DNA of 64,000 bases, taken from Mesotaenium endlicherianum. Taxonomy: Eukaryota. Below are positions 10,760 to 24,350 of this stretch, piece by piece. The stretch covers positions 35,904 to 99,903 of the forward strand of contig WELA01002099.1 in the NCBI GenBank assembly GCA_009602735.1, in the 5' to 3' direction. A model generated the notes under the pieces. That model saw nothing but the letters and a program-made list of their open reading frames with translations, was not told the DNA's origin and did no database searches. How positions within the stretch are numbered: the stretch's first letter is position 1; every line of letters starts with the position of its first letter. Made by a program: the position numbers and the translations under genes.

Positions 10760-13700
10760 CTATCTTTGTCCTCCTGAAGCCAGTTCACCCACTGTGCTCT
10801 GCCCCCCAGCCAGCAGCCGCCTGTGCTCATCAGCATCCCCATCTCGGCCGTCACCACCTTCAGCCACAACTTCTACGTCCTCCAGCTGTACATCTACCTT
10901 GCAAGTTCTTGCAGACAGACCCGCGTCTCTCTTGGCAGCGTCTCGATCCCGGGGGTAGGTCCAATACATGAGAGTGTAGATGCCGCAGCACAGGATAAAG
11001 GGCACCACAATGGTGGCATACAGGCCCTTGGCGAGAGCACCCGCATTTGCACGGTTGTTGCTCAGCTGGCGCTGCACGTCGTCGCCCTTATGCGGCGGGA
11101 TGAAGCCGTACACGCGCTCCGTGAGCAGGCCCACGACGGGCGGCGCAAACGCCGCCAGCGACATCTCGAAGGTGCGGTCCAATGCATACACGCTCGTGCG
11201 CAGCTCCTCCGGCACGATCTCGGCGAAGATGGGACTGCGCACCCGCCAGCCAGACAGCCGCAAGTGCTCTCGCACGCACGCATGGGGGTCCGGTAGGGAT
11301 CGTTGGCTGCCCCGGCGCGAGCTAAGAGGCGGATACAGTGAGCTTGCTCGTCGGCTCTTGTTGAACAGCAAATATGGGGCCTTTAGCAGCATGAAGAGAC
11401 GACCCGAGGGCGTGGTCGTCTGCGTCTATGAAGCCAAGCAGAGCCCAGCCCACAAAAGTTTGCGATCACATAGTACGCCCGACGTCGCCACAAGGTGGCT
11501 GGCTTGTCGGCAGCAGAGTCAAGAGCAGGAGGAGCAGGAGCAGGAGCAGGAGAAGGAAGAGGGGCAGAGGAGGGGAAGAGGAAAAGGAGAAGAGAAGGAG
11601 GAGGAAGAGGAGGACAAGGAAGACGAAAGGGGGAGAGGAGGAGGAGGAGGAGGAGGAGGGGCATCTGGCATGATGTGTAGCAGCCGCAGCTCATCCTTAA
11701 TAAAAACGAAAGAGCTGTCGGGCGGAGACCAGCCATGGCGCGGCAGACAAGCAAGCAGAAAGACGCAGCCAGCCGGGCACACGCAGGCAATCAATGGAGA
11801 GGCAAGCAAGATAGAAAGAGAGAGGGAGACAGAGACAAACAGATGATAGAGAGGAGAGGAGCAGCACTCTCACTTGTTGGTGGCAGCGGCATTCCAGGAG
11901 ATGAAGAACCCCATGATGGCAAGCACGAGCGCGTACAGCCAGCCCCAGCTGGGGTCCTGCGGCAGCAGCCGCAGCAGGATCGTTGCCAGGGGGACGGCCA
12001 CGGCGGAGCTGAACTGCGCGCACATGATCCTTCCCGAGTCAGGAAAGGCGCGGGTCAGCGTGTCGCCCATCCAGCCGCCGAAGAGGGAGCCGAGGGAGGA
12101 GGCGACGGAGAAGGCGCCGAGCAGCAGCGCGGTGTCGGCGTGGCCGAAGCCGAGGAGCTCGAGCCACATGGCGCCGAAGGCGAGCGCGCTCCAGGGGAAG
12201 GAGCCCACCACGCCCTGCGCCACGATGATGCGGAACGTGGGCACGCGCATCACGCGCCTGGCGCCCTCGTAGAGCTCCGCCAGCGTCTCCCGCCAGCTGG
12301 GCAGCTCCTGCTGCTGCTGCTGCTCCTGCCGCCGCCGCTGCTCCTGCTCCTGGTGCTGCTGCTGCCGCTCGAGCTCCTGCCGCGGGTGCTGCAGCTCGTC
12401 CTCCAGCTCCTCCTGCTGCAGCGCCGCATGCTGCATGCGCCCGCTGCTGCTTCGGCTGCTAGCATTGCTGCCGCCGATGGAGATGGTGCTGCTGGCGCCA
12501 ATGGTGGTGGTGCTGATGGCGGAGCTGCTGATGACGTCAAGTTGGCGCTCCTCCCGTCTGCGTCACCCGCCAACCAGCAGGAAAGCTGTCACTGTTGTCA
12601 CAACCATTGCGCCGGCTGACTGACTTCCTGTCGCATCAAGAGGCAGAGCACAGGGAAGGGGCACTGCGCCAGCTGAGGGACTAACAGCTGCTGGGAGCGC
12701 ACGCTTGACACGCTTGAACGGCTTAAAGCAAAAAAGAATGCCATGAACAAACACACTCGTGCAGGCCCTTCCGTCTCACACGTGCTTGCCAAAGCAGATA
12801 ACACACATGCCAGGCGGGCTTAGATTGCCCGCGGCCTTGCGGCTCTGGCTCCTTCGAGGGCCTGCATGCTCCGTCAAAGGGCAGCATGCAATGCACCTCC
12901 AGGCCGGCAGGTGAGCACACCTGGCATCGTCTCAGGCCCTCAGCTCTCAGCTCTCAGCTCCCAGCTCCGCTGGCGAAGACAGCACGTCACGACAGCTGTA
13001 AGGGCAAACGGGGGGCCGGAAGCATGCGTCAAATCTGGCATACAGGACATGCGACAGGACGAGACAGGTGTCACGTCTCCTCTGCTTTCGACGGGGGGCA
13101 TAGCAAGCTTGTTGTGGACGCGACACGTGTCTGCAGAGGGACGACCCGACCGGCAGCTTTCACGACAGCTGTCAACATCGTCCCCGCCCCCCTCCCTCCT
13201 TCTCTCCCCCCCTCTCCCTTGCCTCTTTCTCTCTGTATGCGCACGAGAGTGCGCGCGCATGTGGGCGAATGGTCTGTGAATGCGTGCCACTCGCCACTGA
13301 CGAATGAGGAATGAGGTACACACACATGCGGAAAACGTGGCGAGAGAGACAGAGCCCTCAAGAGCGAGTCGACACCTGGCGGCGCGCTTTTGGCGGCGAG
13401 AGGGAGCAGCGGAGCTGGTGGGGTCGGTGGCGCAGAAATACAGGAGGGCAGCCACAGCATAGCTGACAGCTGCCACCAGATGGAAAGCCGCCCGCCACCC
13501 GTCCATGCCCAGCATGCGGTGACCGGCAAACAGGACGCCGCATGCGCCGCCCAGGATGCTGCCCACATTGCTGACAAGCTGCAGCCACCCAAAGGCCACG
13601 CCCCGCGCCTCGGGCGGCGCGCTGTCGGCCACTAGCGCCTGAATGGCGGGGATAACGAGAGCCAATCCGACGCCGTTGAGGGCACGGGCCACCACCACCT

Positions 13701-14212
13701 GCCCTGTCAAACCCCCCCACCCCCCCGCTCCCTCGCTGATCAGGCCTCTGTTGGATCCCCCCCACACCTCTTTGTAGTGACCAGGCCACTGTCAAGTTGC
13801 CCCCACCCTGCCCCCCGTTATGAATACAAACAAAAACAAAAGTTTGAGTAAGACAGCGAGCTCACAGGCTGGCGCTTTGCCAGGTGAGGCATACCTGGAA
13901 ATAGGTGACAGCAAACCCAACGGCTGAGGTTGCGATTCCCCACACGAGGGCTCCAACGGCAATGACGTATACGCGATCATGACGCAGCGCCATGAAGACG
14001 GCCAGAGGAAAAGAAAGGGCTTGCATCAACGCTCTGACGAGGGTCAAGGTGCCCAAAGCCGAAGGAGTGACGTTAAAGGATGTGCCGACTTCTTTATAAA
14101 CTGCTGGAAGGAGTGCCTCGTCCGCCTTCTCTACAATAGCTGCTACATTAACAAGCACCAAGGTCCTCGTTATTGGATCATTCCACCACTTGAAAAGGTC
14201 TCGGACCTTCAT
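10760..14212 (-). CDS. Major facilitator superfamily transporter, plant spinster-like group; exons 14212-13895, 13698-13376, 12557-11874, 11234-10760
   Basis: Translates to TLVLVNVAAIVEKADEALLPAVYKEVG, RALNGVGLALVIPAIQALVADS, TFRIIVAQGVVGSFPWSAL, WNAAATNNPIFAEIVPEELRTSVYALDRTFE and YWTYPRDRD. Junction phases 0, 2, 2 are consistent. Confidence 0.92.
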
Positions 14213-16470
14213 GGTTCGTAAACTCCACCTTATATCTGGAGTTTCTGGGGGGGGGGCAAAGAAGGAAATCCTCCACTGCTTCTATCTCAGGCTGTCATGT
14301 TTGCAGTCAAGTATATTTCTCCGCATCACAGAACTCCTCACAAAGCCTTGGCACAACATAGAGATATTTGAATCTCCATGTTTATCCATTTATTTCCCAA
14401 CACGCCTGCTATGGCGTACATGTAAGACTCCCCATGTTTTTTTGACCAGCAATGCTTGCGTTCAATCAAGTCGTAGTTTGATTCCCATCTGCAGTCTAAT
14501 TGCTCTGGATCGGTCTGGACTCAGGACAAAAATTGGAAGCTATATGGGATTCACTCAACTCGAAGTTGTAGGCCTTTTCGATGTGACGACTGTTGGTCAA
14601 CGTCAAGGAATGAAAGAGTCGCGTCAAACTAGAGACCACTTGAGGCACCTCTCATTGCCTCGCATCACCTCGCATGCTGGCGCAAGTGTAAACTCGTCAT
14701 AAGCACGTAAGGAAAAGTACGGATCTGGTGAGTGGTGCCTTCATTTCCTTGGGTGCATTTGGCAAAAAACATGTGAAATGAAGTTATTTACATTCTTAAT
14801 TCCGTAGTTAAAAATATGTGAGTACCTAATCTCAACTCCGCATCCGTCTTCGCCTCTCTTCTTAGATTTATGTGGCTTGCTGCTATGTTATTCTTATTAC
14901 GGTTTGCAGCAGACGTTGCTGGAGTAAATATGTGACGAGGGCACTGCTGGTAACATCACCTTGGCAGTTAACTTGCTTAGATTGCTTATTTGAATTTGAT
15001 TCAAAGCATCTTGGCAATGATTTGAGTGCATGTGGAAACTGTTTCATGCTCTGTAATTTGGTCCTATCAGACATTCGTGATTACATAAAATATTGTATGT
15101 GTGAGTAATGCATATATGGAAGGGTCTCGGTGTCTCTTGAAAGTGGCTTTTTGCTTCTTCATCTATACAATTTTAGTGAAGATGGAATCACTTATTTCTA
15201 GCAGATTGGTGCATACCAGATGTGCGCAAAGTAATGCAGGGCTTACTAACATGCATTGAGTCAATGTGCATGAGACGTGGGTTATGCCTCACTTGGATGC
15301 TCCATGCAATTTGTGAATGCTGATGGGAGAGTTCACTGTAGAAGAAAAGTTTTCAAGGCTCTATGTATGATCAAGCATGTGCTGTACCTGTGAGCCGGTG
15401 CCAGTTGGTACCATTGTCGTGCTAAATGTGATCGGCCATGTCTCAACCATATAAGTGCTTCAAATCATGAGGGTGTTAGCAGGCTTTGCGACAATCTTGA
15501 ACCACAATATTGATATGCACAATACCACCGAAGGTCCATCATGAGAGTCTTTTCCAGATGAGCAAAAAGAGGGCAGAAATGCAAAGTTCTTATAAGAAGG
15601 AGTTTCTTTTGATCAGAGTTAGACCACCAAACGGCACACTGTAGAGGGATGCTACAATGTACACGAGAATGACAAATTATGACCATTTTCAAGGACACAC
15701 GCCCTACCCGTGCTCCAGTGGGAGAACATGCAAACTCCTTCCATAACCAATTGGACGTACTTGTCTATGGCAAGGAGGACAAGCAAGGCAACAAGCCCCG
15801 CCGGTCAATGCAATGAGTGCGTGCACGCATACTCTGCTGCTGCTCTGCTGTGAATCATTGACAAGAACCACCATTAGCACCACAAATAAGGCCTGCTTAA
15901 CAAGCTGCTGCAGTTTGTAAGAACTAACATTTTTGTATGGTATGGTTCAATGATACAAAGAAAATATCTGGGATGGGTATAACTTTCTAACTTAGAAGAG
16001 CTTTGAAGTGCCTCTAGAAAGCCTACTGATATTTGTAAGGGGTAGGGTAAGCCATGCCCCTCTTGGAAGTTTTGAAGGACATTTCTTTCCCTAGGATCCG
16101 AGGCAGGCCCTGGGATCCTTGCAAAGCTTGACAAGCCTTTTTCCAATCGATGGATCAAAGTTTCAAAGGCAGGAGACAGTCTCAAAAGCTTCTGAATGGC
16201 TTAGTCCAGGGCAGAGCGGCAGAGACTTGAGAGAAGAGAGGAAGAAGCTCCAGAGTGTTCCGGAAGCCGGCGCTCGCGGGATCAAATCCATCTCGCGGGC
16301 CAGGACGATTGTCAGACTAACGCAACATTAGTCTTCATTCATTCGAGGATCCAAGCAGTTCCACACTGCCGCAGAAGTGCTCCTAGGATCCTGTCGGCCC
16401 AATGTGGCCAGCAAGCCAGCCACGCGCGCTCGGCAGCTAGAGCCCTCGCTCAGCAGAACCCTCCCTCCCC

Positions 16471-18392
16471 CTAAGAGGGCGAGGGCCACGATGACGGCGA
16501 GGAGGGCGAGAAGAAGGGGACGCGGCTGCAGGCCGTCATGAGGGGCCACATGCCGGCGCGCGCGTCGAAGAAGGTGTCCACGCTGGCGCCGGAGAATTCG
16601 GGCAGCAGGTCGTCCGGCGGAGCCACCCACGCGCTGCGGGCGGACTTGAGCGCCCGCCTGACGTCGTCCTCGCCTACGGTGGGAGCGGCCAGGAACCTCG
16701 ACAGCTGCCTCGAGATTTGCTGCAAGGAAGATCAAGGGGCACAACAGCAGCAGCAGCAGCAGGGAGGAGGAGAAGGAGGAGGAGAAGGAGGAGGAGAAGG
16801 AGGAGTATGAGCGCGTGGTGGCAACCCGTGCATCGCGTTGCGCAACGGCTCAGGAGAGGAGAGAGGAGATGGAGGCTGCATGAGACGTACTTCCCAAGAC
16901 TTTCCATGCGACGAGTGTATTGGGTATTCAAACTTCCCGCTCAGCAAGTAGATCGAGTTCTGCTGCTACTGCCATTGAGCACATTACCCAAGCTGTGCAC
17001 TTCTGGCAAAGAGGTAGCCCAGGGCACAATCATCCAGAGTGACAAAAGGTTCAAACGTGGAGGAGGAGCAGACGATGAGTTCCCCCCCTCCTCCTCTTCC
17101 CCCTCCCCTTTTCCTCTTTCTTTTTCTCTCGAAACCTCACCCCCCCCCNNNNNNNNNNNNNNNNNNNNNNNNNNNNNNNNNNCCCCCCCCCCCCCCTTCT
17201 CTTGCTCCCGCTCTTGCGCTCACCTCGGGGTGGGTGACCAGCATCTCGAAGTCGATGGCGGCGTAGGAGGAGCAGGGCAGCATGCGCAGCGATGCGTCCA
17301 GGTACACGAGGCTGTCCTCGATGAGGCGCACTTGCAGGCCCACGTCGTCCGCGTGGAAGTTGCGCTCCACCGACCACGCCACGGCCTTGGACGCGTTCCT
17401 CACAATTGCCAGCACCTGCGCGACAGCACCCCCGTTTTGATCGGCCACCACAGCAGGAGGAGGAGGAACAGGAGGAGAGGCAGGAGTGTGAGAGCTGCAC
17501 ACTACGAGGCCCGGCAGATGAGAGGCTCAGAGTTGTCCCACGAGAACCCACACGTATGTGCATGCACACACACACACACACACGTACACACACAATACGC
17601 ACGCACACGCACAAAGAGACACAGACACTCACCCCACACCCGCACTTCCACGCACTTGCACCCACACAAAAGACACAGTGCACATTCGAAGTCACATCCA
17701 CATCCACACGCCCAGCTGTGCACACACACCCGCCCCCGCACATACGCACGCACGCTGCTGATCAACTTTAGGGCCCTGCTGGCAGCAACCACGTGGGTCA
17801 TACTCTCACCCTCTCTTCCCAACTGAACGACAAAGGACAGACATGCACATCATCCCCCCCTCCCACCCGCCCCCCCGTTCTCTTTCTTTCTGACTATCTG
17901 CCTGTCTGTTAGTTTGTCTGTTTGTCCGCTTCTCAGCAAGATGCTCGTTAGCCCCACACACACAGGCATGAGGGGGTGGCGGCTTGCTATCGATGCATAC
18001 TTCATGTCAATCACGCATGGCCTTAGCATGCTCAACGTCAGAGCAACAAAAGGGTCTTCAAACCCGTGCATCACATGCCGTATCCCTTCCGCTTTCTTCT
18101 CATTCCCTCCCCTCCACTCCCCTCACTACTATCTCTCCACGCGCACGCGTGTGTGTGTGTGCGCGCGCACGCACCCGTGCATGTGTGTGTCTATGCGCTT
18201 CCTATCGGCACAAAATCTGCTGCTCCAAGCACGAGCAGCGCCAGATGTCAGATTCCGAGTGCAGCAGAACCTAGGGCCGTTGACTGTGCGGGGGCCAAGC
18301 CCCCCCATGCTTGGCTCCGTGCTGTTGGGCAGACCAAGGCTCTGCACCAGTCGCAGAAAGCGCACTTCTTCATGCCTGTCATCACACATGTG

Positions 18393-18434
<42 letters not shown>

Positions 18435-20857
18435 ATAACCTCTCCGTGTGCCCCGTGGGATTGAAGAGAATCTCCGGGGCTTATTATAAAAGCATCACTC
18501 ATGTTTGTGAATTGCAATTCGATCCACGTAAGGAGCACCTACCTGACACAAACGCACCCCAAAGCACCTCCCCCCTCCCGGGCACATCACACCGCGTCCT
18601 CTTCCCACTCTGAGAAGCATCCTAGCAACCGAGACTCTGAAAGATAAGGTTCATCACCTTATGCAAATTCACCTTATGTAGAGGAATGTAAGCTGGGCAG
18701 CCTTCATTTCCCCTCCCCCCTTTCCCCCTTTCACCCTCCACCCCCCCCTTCCCCCCTTCGCGTGCGCTTGCCTTTCAGAAGGGGGACCAGAAGGCAGGTT
18801 TCTGCTGCAATGCGTTTATTTGCAGACAAGCAACGCGTGCACCTGTAGAGGCCCGCAGAGCATGTGAGCGGGGTGGATGGAGACAGAGGCAGGTATGTGC
18901 ATGCACCCCTCTCTCTCTCCCTCTGGCTTCCCCTCCGCAAATACGCACTACTGTTTAGGTCCATACCAGTGACTGCTGAAAAGATGTTGTTTGCGGGCAT
19001 AGGCAGGGATGTGCGTGCATCCCCCTCTGCCTCGCCCTCTCCGCCTTACTCTCGCTCACATGACACACGACTGGGCAAGTAAAGAACGCACGTCTGCTGA
19101 GGAGATTGGCACAAGCCACATCACAAGCCACGAGCTCAGCGCAATCCAGCATGCCACTTCCAGATCAGCGTGGCTGTGCCTGTGGGCAACTGCAGAGGAG
19201 AGTCGTCGAGGCTCCTGCGCCAGACACTCCTCCCGAGTGCATCCTCCCGAGTGTGTCGGCTCCTTCATTGTTCCTGTTACCACTCTACATGTATTGCTAC
19301 TGATTCAAATTTATCAGTCAAAAAGATTCAGAATCTGGGACGCGTTCACACCTTGAGGTTGTAGAGAACGCCGTCAAACAGCGCCAGGCTGGTCAGGTCC
19401 GGGCGGGCCAGAGGCGTGCGCACCCTCCCCATGGGGAATGGGTCCCTGGCGCGGAAGTACAGCCCGTTGCTCCCCACCTGTGTGCCACCCCTCGCGCCAA
19501 CAACAGCAGCAGCAGCAGAGAGAGCACGGTGAGTGCGGCTGTCATCGCTCCTGCACCTGGGCATTCTCTTTTTCTTAGAAGACCCGTTTGGCGCCAATAC
19601 TGGCGCCCGCGCCAACAGAAGAGATGACTGCAGCCATTCGGAGCCGCTGCCCAGCACACACCCCCGGACAAAAAAAAGTGGGGGCCTAGAGAGAGTCAAG
19701 AAAGGCTTCAATTGCCAGCAGCTCGGCCCGGCCCGGCCCCTGCTCCGGCCACTGGCTGACTCAGGGCACCGAGCAGGAGGACGGAGCCTGATCATGCTCG
19801 TAAGCTTGGTCAACCCTGGGCTTTCGCACGCCTGCAGGAGACTGCCATGGGATATTGCCAGAGAGCTTCTCTCATGCTGCTGCAGGGTTTCCGCCCGCAG
19901 GCAGCAGCTGGTGAACGCTCACTCTGGGTAATGCTCCATCAGTCAGTCCCGCCCAGAGCACAGGGCCAGCTCCTACTTATGCGTGGATGTCAAGGATGCA
20001 GCTGTTAAGATGCCTATCGGCATGGCTCTGCGAAAAGCATTACTTCAGCAGACATGCAAGGCTGCCGCACGGGTCCGGCTGGCAGGAGGTGGTGCGTGAC
20101 GGGAAGACGTAGAGAGCTCTCCCAGGGGAGGGTCGGTTGCCTCACCTGGGACTGCAGGCGGGCGGCCATCTGCATGCCGAAGTCGTGCGCGTGGCGGGTG
20201 TAGGGCATGAGCGGGCATTCCTCCAGACCCTCTGGCCGCGTGCTGTCCACCTTCTGGTGCTCGTCCCACGTCAAATGCAGGTCTGGCTCGAACCTCACAA
20301 AGGAAATATTTGCTGGCAGGTACCTGCAGCACGCAAAGCAATCGCGCGCACTTGGTTTCTCTCTTACTTCCCATTGAGGTGCGGAAAATTGAAGCGCTAC
20401 GTGACAACAGCCAAGGGCCAACCTTCGAACACATTGAGAACTCTAGAGCTCATGCAATGGTTGAGGTGATGCTGAAATATCGGCATCAAGCAATAAGCAA
20501 ACAAGCGCAGTGTACGATTGAGCAAACTTGTAAAGTTCAGCCGAAGGTTTCAGGTGGTCACCCGAAGAAGCGTTCAAAGAAGTCATGCCCAGCCCCTTCG
20601 ACTCCAGCAAGAAAGTAGAATATTGGCAGCTCATCTCGCCCCGACCTGAATGCTGCGTTTCCTGTGAGCCGACAAGAGGCTGGGTGCAGAGACCCTTGAA
20701 GAGGAATTCTAGGGACCCCGCTGTGTCCCACGAATAAAACACCCGCCAAAAGCAGGGCTACAGCGGCTAGTGCTACGAAGGGGGTGTTAGATCCCGCCAC
20801 TGAAAACAACCCTCCGTGACCTCGCCCAGACTGTGTCATACTGAAGAGTATGCCCAT
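16471..20857 (-). CDS. Putative type II membrane sulfotransferase-like (P-loop fold) protein; exons 20857-20562, 20323-20146, 19477-19352, 17415-17224, 16719-16471 (alternative start at 20839)
   Basis: Five exons join in phase (2, 0, 0, 0) with GT-AG junctions. There is an N-terminal TM segment (FVALAAVALLLAGVLFVG). FYFLAGVEGAGHDFF resembles a 5'-PSB-type loop and LKVLAIVRNASKAVAW resembles the 3'-PB motif. The gene model is firm; the function is inferred. Confidence 0.65.
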
Positions 20858-22137
20858 GTGGGGAAAATGTCTGGTGAAACTAGATATATAAGTATGCAAC
20901 CAGCTAGACCTTCCACAGGCAAAGCTCACTACAGAAGTCTTAAATGCTTCTCATTTACAAAGACTTACAGCAAATAGCTTATTGTTGAGCTTCTGTGCCT
21001 GCTTTCGCACCTAACTACCAGCAACGTGCGCTTACGGGCCAGGCATGTAGCTTTAGCAGTGCACCTACTGTCACAATTGTCCAGTAGGAAGTTCGACCCA
21101 ACTGATCCCTGGAGATCCCTGGACAACAAACTCTGGTTGTTGGGCTTCGGGCCCTGTGACCTACCGAGACCCGCCCAGCGGCCCGCCTAATAATCGCCAA
21201 TAACACCCAATAGCCATGTTATAAATTTCATACCCGCTTCTTCGATTCGTTCATTCATTATTCCGAATGTTTACTTGCTTGCGCACTGTCATCTTGTATG
21301 AATTCTATATTTATATAGAAATACACTCTACATTTATTTGAACAAGATTTTGACATGATAGTGGGCCGCATCGGTCACATGAAAGTACCATCATGTTTTC
21401 GTTGCGCGGGAGGCCCAGCGACTCAACAGTTTTTCAAGTGCATGCTACATTATCGAGCATGATCGCCAAAAAAGCAAATCAACCCCACATGAAAGCACCG
21501 GGATTATATGCTTTTTCGATTATGTCGGTCGCGTCGGCAAAATATCTTGGATTGATTCGACGCTCTTCAAATTTAGAATGTCGGTCTACGTCACGCGATT
21601 CAACCCCAAAGACGATGCGGCATAATTTATGAAGTAGGACGTCGTACATACTTGAACCCTCTGCCCCTCCACATAGTGAGGGGAACAATATAAAGATGAG
21701 TGGACTGACGTGTCCACGCCTTAGACAGGTCACGCCTTAGCCATTCCTTCATTCTCAGGACTCAATGGTTCTGAGGGTACGGGCCCATTAGGAGCTCTTC
21801 GGTGGCCTAAGTAGGTTAAAGAGAAAATATTCTGTTATGCTGCGTCAGCGCACGTCGTCTATAAATGCTCGAAACGCGTTATAGGCCATAATAGGTCCGA
21901 ATTGTGTGTCCTACGAGGCCTCTTACATCCGAGACAACTTAACAGGAACGCCGACACCTTCGGTCACGCTAAAAAAAATCAAAACATCTAGTTTGTGGAG
22001 TGAACACTTTTCAGTTTTGGCGCCACAAATTTTGCCAATGTCGTGCCAAAACTACCTTTCGCGAGAACCTTTCTGCGAAGCTCTCAACTATAACCCCTCC
22101 CTTCACCTTCACACTCTGCACTTCTTCTGCAACAGCC

Positions 22138-23573
22138 ATGGAGGACGAACTTCCTAATGCCGATTTACGTGATACCATCGTCGAAGGCGCTGTCATACCA
22201 ATTGTGTATAATTGGCAGACTCTCATGGACATCGTGGAGTTCGACTCTGACGAAGACAGTGAATCCGACTCTGAGGATGACATGGACGCTTTGCCGCCTT
22301 CTCAACGGACGCTTCAGGCAGCAGCAGCCTTCACCATATCAGCCACAAGTACCCTTCTTTTCATGAGAGCCGCCTCTGACTTTGATGCCCTCATCCTAGA
22401 CTCACTCGTCGAGAACCTCTTCCGGTCTGCTATGAGTGGAGACTGGTATATTAGGCCTAGGAGTACCCACTGGTTTCTCCACATGAAGCGTGTTGTTGCA
22501 TACCAGGACCCTAGGCAGTGGGTAGATCACTTTCGTGTTTATGTTTCTTTCTGGCGGTTTTAGTGCAGCAGTTGCAGCATAGTATGGAGACCAACACGCC
22601 TGAGTGTTTTCAGGGGATTGAGAACAGGGTGATAGATGTCGGGAGTATGGTTCTTGTGGCACTGTTGAAGTTAGGTACTGGGATGTCCCATTTCGTTCTC
22701 TCTGCCTGCTTTGGCTACGGGAAGTCCACTGTTATCAGGATTGTCTCAAAATTCTGCGACGCAGTGTCAAATGATCTTGGTCATCACTTGACTATGCCTT
22801 GCGAGGGCCAGGCCCTCCAAGATGCCATAGATGGAAATTTTAGAGCCAAAGGATTTCCTAATTGTGTAGTTTCTATGGACGTTACGCACATTCAGCTGCA
22901 GCTTCCTAAGCATGGTGATTGTAAGGCATACTTTGACAGAAACAAAAACTACAGTATATGTGTGCAAGCAGTAGTGGGCCAGAATGGCCTCTTCTATGAC
23001 GTGTATGTTGGGTGTGTTGGGTCCATGCACGACCAGCGCATCCTCAGACGCTCGTGGCTGTTTAGGCAGAACGTTGGTCACAATCGTTTGTTTCATGGAC
23101 CAGCTGTAGACCTGGGTGGTACTAGCATCCCTCCGTATATCATAGCTGATGGGGGCTACACTGTGGACCGTTGGATTGTGGTTCCCTACCGTGCAAGTAT
23201 GTGCGCTCCCCTCACGCCACAGCAGAAGCAGTTCAATACTGCCCTCTCAGCCACTCGAATGGTAGTGGAGAAATCATTTGGCCTGCTGAAGCAAGTGTGG
23301 CGTATGCTTGGTGGTAAGATCAATCAGCCCAATGTATTGGGCCGTGTGGAGGCACAAATACGCTGCTGCTGTATCCTCCAGAACATGCTCATTCTTCAGT
23401 TGGAGAATGCCCATGAGCTCCAGCAGGAACCTCCTGTGCCTCCAGAAGAGGCAGATCCTTTTGAGGACTTTGGCGCACGTCGAGGTGGTGTATTTGCCGA
23501 GCCTGAGGTGCCTGAAAATGTTGCGGCAGGGCGCATCATGAGGGATGCATTATTTCAGCATCTAGTGGCATAG
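22138..23573 (+). pseudogene. Harbinger/PIF DDE transposase with one frameshift near 22535-22560
   Basis: WYIRPRSTHWF...WVDHFR continues in another frame into the HTH region, then GFPNCVVSMDVTHI, GSMHDQRIL, IIADGGY and FNTALSATRMVVEKSFGLLKQVWR. The catalytic acidic residues are retained. Confidence 0.9.
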
Positions 23574-23643
23574 TGTGCAGGCAAGTAATACACAAACTAC
23601 GTTTGTTAGTATCTGCTTGCACTTATTAGTTCCACTGTATGTA

Positions 23644-23813
23644 GGTTCAGGTTGGTACTGAACCACTGGGTGGTGTTTTAGTCATCATTAGTTGTAGTAA
23701 TAGCACTCGTCCTTATTCTATCCAGCACTAGGTTGTGTCATTGTATTCTGGTTCAGGCTGGGAACGAACCAGTGGGTGACGTCTTAGTCATCATTAGTTG
23801 TAGTAATAGCACT
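23644..23813. repeat. Imperfect direct repeat of ~64 bp (23644-23707 and 23750-23813) inside the Harbinger element
   Basis: Both copies read GGTTCAGG...GAACCA.TGGGTG...TTAGTCATCATTAGTTGTAGTAATAGCACT. Confidence 0.85.
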
Positions 23814-23935
23814 ACTGTCATTTATGTCCACTTTCAGTTTCCCTTTGCACAAGTCAATTTTATCGTACTCAGCTGTCACTGTAACCTCCTTTTGCTGCCT
23901 TATCATAATGTTTTGCATATCTCATGGCCTCAACC

Positions 23936-24350
23936 TGCTTGCATCTGCAATGACGTTGCATTCTTACTTGCATCATGTATTTCTTGCTGTCATTGCTGTG
24001 ACTACAGCTGTATTCATTATGTTTTTTTAGTGTAATGGTTAATGCCCCTTGCCTCCTGCTTGTGGTTGCCTCGATGAGATGAGAGGCGTGAAAAGGGCTG
24101 GGTGGCTGGTCCTATTGTGTGTGGGGGGGGAGGAGCTACTTAGGAAATAGGAGTTGCTTGCATCTGCAATCACGTTGCACCCTTTCTTAACATCATGTAG
24201 TTCTTGCTGTCATTGCTGCGACTACAGCTGTATTGATTAGAACTTTTAGTGTAATGGTTAATGCCCCTTGCCTCCTGCTTGTGGTTGCCTTCATAGGAGG
24301 CGTGCAAAGGGGCTGGGTGGCCGGTTCTTCTGTATGTGGGGGATGAGGGA
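23936..24350. repeat. Imperfect tandem duplication of ~200-215 bp (from 23936 and from 24155) inside the Harbinger element
   Basis: Both copies share TGCTTGCATCTGCAAT.ACGTTGCA, TTCTTGCTGTCATTGCTG.GACTACAGCTGTATT and TTTAGTGTAATGGTTAATGCCCCTTGCCTCCTGCTTGTGGTTGCCT. Confidence 0.9.

Noticed and set aside
23644..24350. CRISPR-like array
   Set aside because: There are only two copies of each repeat, no regular repeat-spacer period and no cas genes, and the context is a eukaryotic transposon.
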